NCBI GenBank assembly: GCA_038087875.1
Contig: CM075993.1
Span: 7,566,001 to 7,630,000, forward strand
Direction: 5' to 3'
From: Malacoraja senta
Taxonomy: Eukaryota
DNA: 64,000 nucleotides
In this document: positions 24,146-35,442 of the stretch, one piece after another
Position numbering within the stretch: position 1 is the stretch's first letter
Layout: every line of letters begins with the position of its first letter
Notes under the pieces: generated by a model
The model's database searches: none
Told to the model about the DNA's origin: nothing
The model's input: only the letters and a program-made list of their open reading frames with translations
Made by a program: the position numbers and the translations under genes

Positions 24146-26250
24146 CTGCAAAAGAGGGTGGGAAATTCATTAAGTGAAACCAATTAAACTGGTGAGTTCA
24201 TTACATACGACAGGCGACAATGGCAAATGGGCCGGAATTACAATTACTTTGTTGCTTCCAATAGTTAACAGATTATAACATCTAGATGAAGTTAAATCCA
24301 GAAACTGCTCAGTCCACTCCATAGATGTAAAGTCAGTCCAAGATACTGACAATGATAAGTTCTCCCTTTATGCTCTCTTCATAAAAGATGTGTATCTAAA
24401 ATTATGATGGGCATAGCTTGAGGATAGGTCTGAAGAAGGGTCTCGACCCGAAACATCACCCTTTCGTTCTCTCCAGAGATGCTGCCTGTTACTCCAGCAT
24501 TTTGTGTCTACCTTATGACAGGCATAGACAGGGTGGTCAGTCAGAACCTTCATAAGTTATAGGAGCAGAATTAGGGCATTTGGCTCATCAAGTCGACTCC
24601 ACCATTCAATGATGGCTGATCGATCTCTCCTTCTCAACCCCATTCTCCTGCCTTCTCCCCATAACCCCTGACACCCACACAAACCTAGGGTTTTTCCTAG
24701 GGTGGAGATGTCCATCAATAGAGGGCATAGCTATAAGGTGAGAGGGGGAAAGATTAATGGAGATGTGCGGGGCCCAGTTTTTGTTTAATGCAGAGTGGTG
24801 GGGGCTGGAACGCATTGCCACAGGTGGCGGTGGAGGCAGATACAATCATGGCATTCAAGAGGCTTTTAGATGTGCAGGGAATAGCAGGATATGGATCATG
24901 TGCAGGCAGATGAGATCATTTTAATTAGGCATCAGGTTCGGCAAAAAGCATTGTGGGCCGAAGGGCCCGTTCCTATGCTGTCCTGTTCTATGTTAATTCT
25001 ATTCTCCACCATTGATCCAAAGTGGCAGAAATCTCTGAGTTAAATACTGACCGAGTGAAAATACATCCAAAGAATTACCAGTCACACACGAGGATTGTGA
25101 TGCCTGGCATTTGCTCAAGGATGGGATCTCGTAATAGCCTGAAGTACCCAGAAGAGAACGCTGTAGAAGTTCAAGGATGAACGATACACACCGGCTAACA
25201 AACAAACTCCCACACACTGAAAGATCAGCCCTGGCTGTCACTGCAACACAATAGCTCACACAATGCAGGGCAAGAATAGAACTTCTTCCCAAAGGAAGGG
25301 CTGTGCTGCTGGTGGGTAATAGACAATAGGTGCAGGAGTAGGCCATTCGGCCCTTCGAGCCAGCACCTCCATTCAATGTGATCATGGCTGATTATCCCCA
25401 ATCAGTACCCCGTTCCTGCCTTCTCCCCATATCCCCTGACTCCGCTATCTTTAAGAGCCCTATTTAGCTCTCTCTTGAAAGCATCCAGAGAACCGGCTCC
25501 ACCGCCCTCTGAGGCAGAGAATTCCACAGACTCACCACTCTCTGTGAGAAAAAAGTGTTTCCTCGTCTCCGTTCTAATGTTGGATTAGATTCTAGATTCT
25601 ATGCTGCTCTTTGATTGTTAAAGCCCACATAGGAACACGCAAAGATTCATACGACAGTACAAATGACGCTGAGCTAAGACACTGTGCACTTGGAACCATC
25701 TGTACGTGATATTATCAACTGTGTGACAAGCTCCTTCAATTAATTTTCACACCTGTTTGCAGTCAATGAAACCAAGAAACTACAAAAAATTCAGCGATTG
25801 TGTACACAGAATACAGAAACAGTGACTTGTCGATGAAGATGTGCAAGCATTAGTACAGTGCCGCAGGTGTAGAGAGTCTAAAACCTCCTTACATCTGGGG
25901 GGGGAGCTGTTCATCTTCCAAGATAATGAATGAGGTTACAAATCCCCAAACAGTGGAATGACAGTGCCTGACCTATCCTAATGATTAGGTTTGCAAGTTA
26001 GATGCTGCAAAAACAACCCGACTACAATGGTATATACATTTATAATATTGTTCCATTTTGGATTAACTCCGAAACCTAATAAAAGTCACCTAGTCCATAA
26101 AATATTTAATATGAAGCAAGGCCTTTCACTGAGCGCAGATCAGACAAGTACTTCAGCCAATAGTTATGCAATGACAGTCATGTCCTCTGTAGGGTTGACG
26201 TATTAGAAGTCGACATGAAGAGGGTGAGGCAGCAACCCCTCATTACTCAC

Positions 26251-26317
26251 CAGTAACTTCAGCATCTCCTTGGTGTCTGGGTCCACCTCAATCATTTTCC
26301 TGGTCCAGAGCAGAGAC
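26251..26317 (-). CDS. rps17: 40S ribosomal protein S17, exon 4 (67 nt; apparent +1 frameshift)
   Basis: cttctcccag acceptor, gtgagt donor. Reads VSALDQE then MIEVDPDTKEMLKLL only if one A of the run at 26295-26298 is removed. Confidence 0.93.
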
Positions 26318-26568
26318 CTGGGAGAAGCAAACAACAGACGGAGAAGATCAGTCAGCAATCTCAGCAGTCATTTCCCCCACACACACACTAAAAAAATCAC
26401 TTTACATGACAATCAGCGGTTTGTCATCACTGATAGCGCCCACACTCGCTGTGAGCTGCAGCGACAGAGTACCACGTTTACATCTGGCGTGCCGCTGTAA
26501 GGATTTTATTGTTCCGTTTCGGGACACATGACAATATTGATTTCTCTAACTTCAAGTAACCCTTGCAT

Positions 26569-26606
<38 letters not shown>

Positions 26607-27539
26607 CCTCCCCCACCCTAGTCGTCCTACCAGTTTCACTGTTTGTATCACTCGTTATCAATTTCTCCACAGCCAATAATGGCCCATTGTGGGTTCCACC
26701 TTTCTTTGATCATCGTTGCTGGAGTTAAAGAGAATGCAGGTAAACGTAACCACAACAAAATGGGTTAGCGTAGATTAGTGTCAATGAGTAGTTGATGGCC
26801 AACATGGAGCTGGTAGGCTAAAGGGTATATCTGTTTGTGATATCTCTCTAGAATTCGAGGCTCCATGCCTCTCTGCATTCTAGGTGGGAAGTCTTTTGGA
26901 CAAGACTTTAAAGCAACACCCTGACTTGCTTAGATGAACCCGGAAGTTCCAACCCCCGGCCTTGCTGCACACTGATGAGCTAGTCATTCATTTATTTCTG
27001 GGATACAGTTACATTTCCCAACAGAACTGTAATTGCAACCACAAAAGGCTGTCAGTGTTCAGTCAACCCACACAGCCCGCCTCTCTGCCCAAGGATCTGC
27101 TGCATGGCTGGGATGTACTGGGTTACATGCTTCAGCTCCTTGTCTCATTGGTCTCGAAGGGCCGAATGGCCTGCTCCTGCACCTATTGTCTATTGTGGAG
27201 ACCCTGGGATTTTCCGCTGTTACGCTGGAGAATCTCTCTCGACAATCTTACACTCATCAGACCAGGCCTTGGACGAGAGATAGACACAAAATGCTGGAGT
27301 AACTCAGCCGCCAGAAACTAACACAATTTTGTCTTTAGATTCTGCAGCAGCTGGTTTAAAAAGACCCAAATCCGACAGACTTCAACCACTGAACTGCTTC
27401 AAAACAGATGGATTCAAAAGATGAATTCTACTGTTCACATTGCAGGCAATAAAAAGAAAAAGAAAATCGATAAGCAGTGCAAACAATCAGGCCATGAAAT
27501 TTAGAATACTAATATGACAATCAATATAGGCATTCCCAT

Positions 27540-27733
27540 GTTTAAGAAGGAACTGCAGATGCTGGAAAATCAAAGGTAGACAAAAATGCTGGAGAAACTC
27601 AGCGGGTGAGGCAGCATCTATGGAGCGAAGGAAATAGGCGACGTTTCGGGTCGAGACCCAAAACGTCGCCTATTTCCTTCGCTCCATAGATGCTGCCTCA
27701 CCCGCTGAGTTTCTCCAGCATTTTTGTCTACCT
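27540..27733. mobile_element. Foldback Penelope-derived insertion in rps17 intron 3
   Basis: Near-perfect inverted arms of about 80 bp centred on gggtcgagaccc, with a 13-bp TSD taggcattcccat (27527-27539 / 27734-27746). Confidence 0.85.
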
Positions 27734-28129
27734 TAGGCATTCCCATAGTGTTTTTCACGCATGTAGGGTGTTTGAACTTTGAGAACCGAGACCAAAATCA
27801 ATAGATTTCAGACAGTTTGAACAAAATGTGTCACAAGGATCAGGCAGAAAAGACAAAAGAGTTGCCATGAGATTCACAAAAGGACATAAAGTGTAGGAGT
27901 AACTTAGCGGGGCAGGCAACATCTCTGGAGAACATGGATGGGTGAAGTTTCAGGTCATGAACCATCTCGGTGAGATTAATGAATTGTAGTGCAGGCTATG
28001 GCATATATGTTGAATTCTCACACACACACACACATTAAATAAACACCACCTACATCAATAATTTCCATAAAGCCAGAAACCTTAGTTCCACATTACGGAT
28101 AAACAAGAGTTCTGAGATGAATTAATTAA

Positions 28130-28474
28130 AGGGCCTGTCCCACTTACGCAACCTTTTCGGCGACTGCCGGCACCCGTCATAGGTCGCCGAAAATTTTCAA
28201 CATGTTGAAAATTCAGCAGCGACCAGAAAAACGCTACGACACTTTGGAGACCTCTCACGACCATACAGGCGACCCCTGGCGACATGTCACGGGTGACCTC
28301 TCACGACCATACAAGCTGTATGGTCGTGAGAGGTCTCCTATGGTCGTGAGATGTCTCCAAAGAGTCGTAGTGTCTTTCTGGTCGCCGCTGAATTTTCAAC
28401 ATGTTGAAAATTTTCAGCGACCTATGACAAGTGCCGGCAGTCGCCAAAAAGGTCGCGCAAGTGGGACAGGCCCT
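28130..28474. mobile_element. PIF/Harbinger-like MITE (almost fully palindromic)
   Basis: Same TIR; TAA TSD at 28127-28129 / 28475-28477. Confidence 0.85.
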
Positions 28475-29689
28475 TAAAGTTTTATACTCAGATGCACCAA
28501 GAACGTGGATGTGGCAATTTGTGCTTCTGTTTGCACAGGTCAATACTAGCACAACATTGAACTAAAACAAAGGAGTGTGTATCAAACAAAGCAACAATGA
28601 CTGTCATTGTGCCAACTACTAACATCAAATTACACCAGGTAATGAATGAGCTGCCTAAAAGGGCTCAGTAGAACTAAAGGGTCACAGTTAAACGGCCACA
28701 ATAGAAAAAAAGCAGTAATAGGAGAAGGCAGCGACCAGACCCACCATTTAATTTGACCAGGGCATTTTTACACTGACCTCAACTCTTTCTCCACAACCTG
28801 CAATCTTTCAAATATTTATCAATTTCCTCCTTAAACCTATCATGAGCAAGATGAAACAGTTCCTAGGTAACCCTATCTTCATCAACGTAGCTACAACGGA
28901 GGGTGCAGCGGTAGATCTGCTGGCTTACAGCGCCAGAGACCCAGGTTCAATCCTGACCACGGGTGTTGTTTGTACCGAATTTGTACGTTCTCCCTGTGAC
29001 TGCGAGAGGTTTTTTTCTGGGTGCTCTGTCTTCCACCCACATTCCAAAGATGTGCAGGTTTGTGGTTTAATTGGCTTCTGTAAATTGTCCCTAGTGTATA
29101 GGATAGAATTGTTTAAGAAGGAACAGCAGATGCTGGAAAATTGAAGGTAGACAAAAATGCTGGAGAAACTCAGCGGGCGAGGCAGCATGTATTGAGCGAA
29201 GGAAATAGGCGACGTTTCGTGTCGAGACCCTTCTTCAGACTGATGTGGGGGTGGGGGGGGCGGGAAGAAAGGAAGAGGCAGAGAGAGTGGGCTGTGGGAG
29301 AACTGGGGAGGGGAGGGGAAAAAAGGAGAAAGCAGGGACTACCTAAAATTGGAGAAGTCAATGTTCATACCGCTGGAGTAACTCAGCAGGACCGGCAGCA
29401 TCTCTGGAGAGAAGGAATGGATGACGTTTCAGGTCACCCTTCTTCATTGAATAACAATGCTACTCCACCTCCCTTCACTTTGAGAATATCATATAACCTC
29501 AATTATTGAGCAGCCAGTGTTCATCACACTGCAACTAATTACATAATAGCCATTATATATTCATATGCTGTGCTGTCACATTCAAATACAATGCATGTTC
29601 AAATAAAGACAGCAAAGATTTCTTTTTTACCTAATTTTTACTCTCTGGATATATTCTTTGCTGCATATTTTTGTTTACATTTTCTTCCC

Positions 29690-29920
29690 CAAACTTTATA
29701 CTTAGCTTCCCAATCACTACCCTCTGCCACTGCTCCAACATCTCCGCACGATTTATTAAACATCCCTTCCCAATCACTACCCTCTGCCACTGCTCCAACT
29801 TTATACTTAACTTCCCAATCACTACCCTCTGCCACTGCTCCAACTTTATACTTAGCTTCCCAATCACTGCCCTCTGCCACTGTTCCAACATCTCCGCATG
29901 ATTCATTAAACATCCCTTTC
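29690..29920. repeat. Compound minisatellite
   Basis: Core ttcccaatcactaccctctgccactgctccaac x4, alternating with two spacer types. Confidence 0.9.
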
Positions 29921-31242
29921 TTGGACCTCCACCCACCCCCGTTTGGGTTAAATTCGACAACCCTATTGATGAGATTCACCAGGACACAGATCCCAGCACG
30001 ATTGAGGTGATGCCCACCTCAACATTTCCCAGAACCGGTATGATAAATCAGAACCCATTTCTACCACCACACATTTACCCCTCTGATACTATTTGCCCTT
30101 TGCTAATTTGCACACAGCTGGGCTAATAATTCAGATTATCACCTTTGTGGATCTGCTGTTCAATGTTGTCCTCAGCTTCAAGTACTCCCGCAGCAGAATG
30201 TCCTTCAGGACTCTGTCTTTGTGGCAAAGAGTAGTGTCTGTTCCCCCATCACGGCTACATTTTGCTTTTCTCCCTCCCACTTGAATGGTTCCTTGCACCT
30301 TAGTGCTATGGATAGTTTGCACACCCCCCCCTACAGTCCACAACCTCATCCACACAAGGAGCAAGAACCGTGTACCTGATGGCCACGGACAAGGGCCAGT
30401 GTTCATCTGGCCCTATGCTCTAGATCCCTCTACCTGCATCTTCTACAGTCAGACCGCCTCGTCACTGACAACATACTAAATTACAGATTATTATTCCAAG
30501 AGGTGCGACTGCCTCCTGGAATACTGACTGCTGGAACACCTCCCTGATATTGGCATTGGTTTATTATTGTCACATGTACCGAGATACAGTGAAAGGTGTT
30601 TGTTTTGTATGTTATCAAATTAAATCAGATAATAATGAACTGAATACAATCAAGTCATATACAGCTACAACAGGTAGAGCAAAGAGGAAAATACCAGTGC
30701 AGAATAGTTTCCAGAAAAAAAAGTCGAATGTTGGCAATAAGGTAGGTTGGAGGATCACGACCACTCTAGCTTATGGGAGAACAGTTCAGATGACTGATAA
30801 CCACAGGGAAGAAGTTGTTCCAGAGTCTGGCATTCAAATACTTTGAGGCTTTGGTATTGTTCATAAATACTGCCATGATAATATACATGCAACTTTCCTT
30901 TCAAATGTCATTTGAAAATATTCTGCCTGAAGACCAAGCAGAGAAGGACAAGGTTTAAAGGAGATGTGCGGGAGAGTGGTGGGTGCCTAGAACGAGCTGC
31001 CACGGGTTAGTGGTACAGGCTGATATGGTAGTGCATTTGAGGTTTTTAGATAGGCACATGGATATGCAGGGAATGGATGGATATGGATCACACGCAGAGA
31101 TTTGGTAAACTAGGCATCACGTTGGACATGAATATTGGGGGCTGAAGGACCCGATCCTGTGTTGTACTGTTCCATGTTAACCATTTCATGACTCAGATGC
31201 CAAGATTCTAGGCATGTAAATAAACAGCAATCGATGAACTCA

Positions 31243-31401
<159 letters not shown>

Positions 31402-31796
31402 CTATTCCACACACCAAATAATAACCAAGAAACAACAAATTACAAAAGAGCACCATTACATTATGTTGGTACAGTGGCGCAGCATAGAGCGCCCGAGACC
31501 TGGGTTAGATCCTGACTACGGGTGCTGCCTGTACAGAGTTTGCACGTTCTCCCTGCTCCCTCCGGGTGCTCCGGTTTCCTCCCACACTTTAATGACGTAT
31601 AGGTTTGTAGGTTAATTGGCTTTGGTAAAAAAAAAATGTAAATTGTCCCGTGTGTAGAATAGTGCTAGTGTACGGGGCGATCGCTGGTTGGCGTGGACTC
31701 AGTGGGCTGAAGGGCCTGTTACCCAGCTATATCTCTAAAGTCTAAAGCTCTACCAAAGATTTCAATCCAGTCAGAATAATTAAAATTTGAACACAG

Positions 31797-32574
31797 GAGA
31801 CGCAGGAGGAGCCCGGCCAGGACTCACCCCACAGAGCCCAGTCCCTCCACGCACTAGAATCTCCCAACCCCTGCAGAGTGGTTATTAAGATGGCTGATCC
31901 GTGGGCGGTTGCTGCTGGGATCAACCCCGGCTGGGTCGCCTGGGCGAGGGTGGCTGATGTTGTGAGACCCGAAACACCCGATGACCCCAGATCACATCAC
32001 TGAGGATGCGTCCCAGCGCATCTAGAAGATGTATATTTTTCACACTGAAGTCTGGCTCAGCCAGTGGCACCTAGGAATAGACTGGGTGACAACCAAGAAT
32101 AGTTTGGTGACTACTGGAGAGACAGTTGACGGCACGGAAAGACGGCACCCAGGAAAGGCTGGGTTAGCACCCCAGTCTGCGTCTTTCTTGAGGAAGTCAC
32201 CCAATAAAGCTACGGAAAGGCCTAATGAACCACCATGGCCTAAAAATCCATCAGGCGAGAATGGAATGCTCGGAGGAGAAAGAGGTGCAGCGCACAGGCC
32301 TTGAACCTGGTGAGACGCAGGAGGAGCACGGCCAGGACTCACCCCACAGACCCAGGCCCTCCACGCACTAAAATCTCCCAACCCCTGCAGAGTAGTTATT
32401 AAGATGGCTGATCCGTGGGCGGTTGCTGCTGGGACGCAAGTCGAGGCCTGGTGAACCCCGGCTGGGTCGCCTGGGCGAGGGTGTCTGATGTTGTGAGACC
32501 CAAAACACCCGATGACCCCAGATCACATCACTGAGGATGCGTCCCAGTGCATCTAGAAGATGTATACTTTTCAC
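31797..32574 (+). mobile_element. Head-to-tail tandem of an internally deleted R2-group (HERO-like) retroelement: partial unit 31797-32043 plus full unit 32044-32574
   Basis: 31797-32043 duplicates about 32311-32574. The unit joins an N-terminal GLKIHQARM.C...QRTG..PGETQEE.GQDSPH peptide directly to a C-terminal IKMADPWAVAAGTQVEA and a structured 3' UTR; no RT. Confidence 0.6.
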
Positions 32575-32775
32575 TGTAATTATCTTGTCATGATTGGAGT
32601 CTGTTATAGAGCTGCTTTGTAATTTGAACAAATTTTAAATTAACTTTTAAACTAGAGGTATTAGTTTTTTATTGTCACCTGTACCGAGACACAGTAAAAA
32701 GCTTTGACTGCGTGCTACCCAGAAAAATCAGTACAAAGAGAAAAATACCAGACTGCAGAACATAGTTTTATAGCG

Positions 32776-32892
32776 TTACAAAGTGAAGGATCTATCTCTT
32801 CTTTTAGCCAACAACAAACCAGTCATGTCCTTCAGCTGAAGGACATGACTGGTTTGTTACTGGCTAAAAGAGGTAGATCCTTCACTTTGTAA
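32776..32892. repeat. Spacerless near-perfect palindrome of about 117 bp
   Basis: ttacaaagtgaaggatcta...gtccttcag|ctgaaggac...tagatccttcactttgtaa. Confidence 0.92.
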
Positions 32893-32946
32893 GTAGACGA
32901 TAGACAATAGGTGCAGGAGTAGGCCATTCGACCCTTCGAGCCAGCA

Positions 32947-35228
32947 CTGAGTTGTGGATCAGACTCGAGTTGTCCAATTATCTGTTTATTCCTGTATATA
33001 GTTCCACATGTCTCTTGATAAGCAGAAAGTAGCATCTTCTCGCTATTTACCTGTCCCAGGTAAAAATAGAATGGTGCTACAACTTGTCCCACACATCATA
33101 CTGATTAAGAGGGGAGATAAAGTCCCAACAGTAGTTGTTGAGTTGTGCAAAAACAGGCTAAGTGGAGGTCCTGCAAGAACACAATGTGCTCACACTTTGC
33201 TGTTTCGCACCGAGTCCAGAGATGTACGAGACCTCTCCAACACTGGGTCATAACCATTAAAGATGGCTCGACACAGATACAAAATAATTCCACACCACAC
33301 TCCATGTGTCGGCGCTACTGGCGGTGTGTGTAAATGAAAATTGGAACAAGTGCACAGAATCCACCTCCAGACAATACAGTGAAGAGAGTGGTATCTAAAA
33401 AACTGTCAATGGGGTAACTGTGCACGAGGAAACAATCGAAAGAAAATAATTGATATAAATTCCTTATTGGGATCAATGTGAAGTTGATCCAAAGGCACGA
33501 GTGATCCCATGCTGATATTGAAGCAGCTGAGCTGAGAAAACATAATGGTGCTACAACCTGCCCCATACATCACACTGATTAAGAGGGGAGATAAGGTCCT
33601 GACAGTAGTTGTTGAGTTGCTCAAGAACATCGTTGAATGATACAGCACGGAAAGAAGCCCTTTGGCTTATCAATACTGCTTTATTTGTCACAGATGCAAC
33701 TGCACAGTGCAATTCATGTTGCATATATTACACATGCAGATGCCGCCATTTTTGATGCATTATTCAAAGTCCGGTCGACCCGCACGCTCGATGTACTGGA
33801 GCACTTCCTGCGAACTGAAACCTCTTTCCTACACCGGCCATCTTTGTGTCCAGGGAGCGCTGCCTGCAGCCGACCTGAAGGTGCTGGATGCATTACCCCG
33901 ATTCATCCTTCTAACAGTACTTGCGCCCGACTTCTCCAGCTCCCTCCCAGTTATCCCGTCTGCCGGGCCTTCAGGCGGTTTCCCATTCCCGCCAACCACG
34001 ATCCTTCGGGAAAGGTCCCTGCCAACAAGCGAGCCTTCGGGCGGGTTCCCGATTCCGCCGACTGAAGATCCTTCGGGCAAAGTTCCTGCCGACTGTGAGT
34101 CTTCGGGCAGGATCCCGGTCCCGCCAACCGATGAGCCTTCGGCAGGCGTTGCGGCACCTCAGGTCCATGCTGACAAACCCGCACGTCTTTAGAACTTGGG
34201 AGGAAACTGGAGCACCCAAGAAAACTCTCACGGTCATGCAAACTCCACAGAGACGGCATCCGAGGTCAGGATTGCACTCAGATATCTGGTGCTGAGGCAG
34301 CAGCTCTACCACCTGCGCTGCCCAGGTGATCACCTTCTCTGCTATTCATTGACCCCCCAGCCAGACCACTCGGCCGACCAGACTTTGAACTTTGAATAAT
34401 GGCGCCAAAAATAGCAGCGCCCGCATGTGTAATAAATAGACAATAGGTGCAGGAGTAGGCCATTCGGCCCTTCGAGCCAGCACCACCATTCAATGTGATC
34501 ATGGCTGATCATCTCCAATCAGTACCCCGATCTTGCCTTCTCCCCATATCCCGACTCCGCTATCTTTAAGAGCCCTATCTAGCTCTCTTGAAAGCATCCA
34601 GAGAACCTGCCTCCACCGCCCTCTGAGGCAGAGAATTCCACACACAACTCTCTGTGAGAAAAAGTGTTTCCTCGTCTCTGTTCTTAAATGGCTTACTCCT
34701 TATTCTTAAACTGTAGCCCCTGGTTCTGGACTCTCCCAACATCGGGAACATGTTTCCTGCCTCTAGCGTGTCCAAACCCTTAACAATCTTATATGTTTCA
34801 ATGAGATTCCCTCTCATCCTTCTAAACTCCAGAGTGTACAAGCCCAGCTGCTCTATTCTCTCAGCATATGACAGTCCCGCCATCCCGGGAATTAACCTTG
34901 TTAAATGCAAAATGAATTTCACTGTGCGGTTGCATATGTGACAAATAAAGCTCGATTGAACTATTGATAGGCCGAAGGGTCTGTTTCCATGCTGTATCAT
35001 TCAACGATCATTAGCCTGTTCTTGCACAACTCAACAACTGCTGTCGGGACTTCATCTCCCCTCTTAATCAGTATGACGTGTGGGACAAGTTGTAGCACCA
35101 TTATATTTTTACCTGGGGCCACAGGTAAATAGCGAGATGATGCTATTTTCTGCTCATCAAGAGACATGTGGAACTATATACAGGAATAAACAGATAATTC
35201 GACAACTCGAGTCTGATCCACAATTCAG
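32947..35228. repeat. Large inverted duplication in rps17 intron 2
   Basis: 32947-33161 is the reverse complement of about 35010-35228, and about 33540-33725 is the reverse complement of about 34905-35105. Confidence 0.88.
34435..34900 (-). mobile_element. CR1 LINE 3' fragment
   Basis: TRLIPGMAGLSYAERIEQLGLYTLEFRRMRG followed by the 3' tail. Confidence 0.85.
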
Positions 35229-35289
35229 TTCAATACTGCTCTGAAGCAACTAACTCGAGCAAGTATTAAGGGAGGATAAACATATCTTA

Positions 35290-35442
<153 letters not shown>

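Noticed and set aside
26361..26432. GTGATGA ... CTGA pair upstream of the rps17 exon-4 acceptor
   Set aside because: Low-complexity interior overlapping the branch-point region, with no identifiable guide.
29570..30010. Repetitive ORFs (SQSLPSATAPT / AVAEGSDWE)
   Set aside because: Translations of an intronic minisatellite that is open in several frames, with no splice support.
31940..31982. Hammerhead-like CTGATG...GAAAC in the HERO-like 3' UTR
   Set aside because: The core lacks the GA of CUGANGA, and the flanking strands pair with each other, which is not hammerhead topology.
35058..35165. Possible intronic C/D snoRNA on the minus strand (TGATGA ... CTGA with CTCTT/AAGAG flanks)
   Set aside because: Terminal stem geometry is non-canonical, I recognise no rRNA-complementary guide, and it lies inside a duplicated arm. 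A snoscan/Rfam search would be needed.
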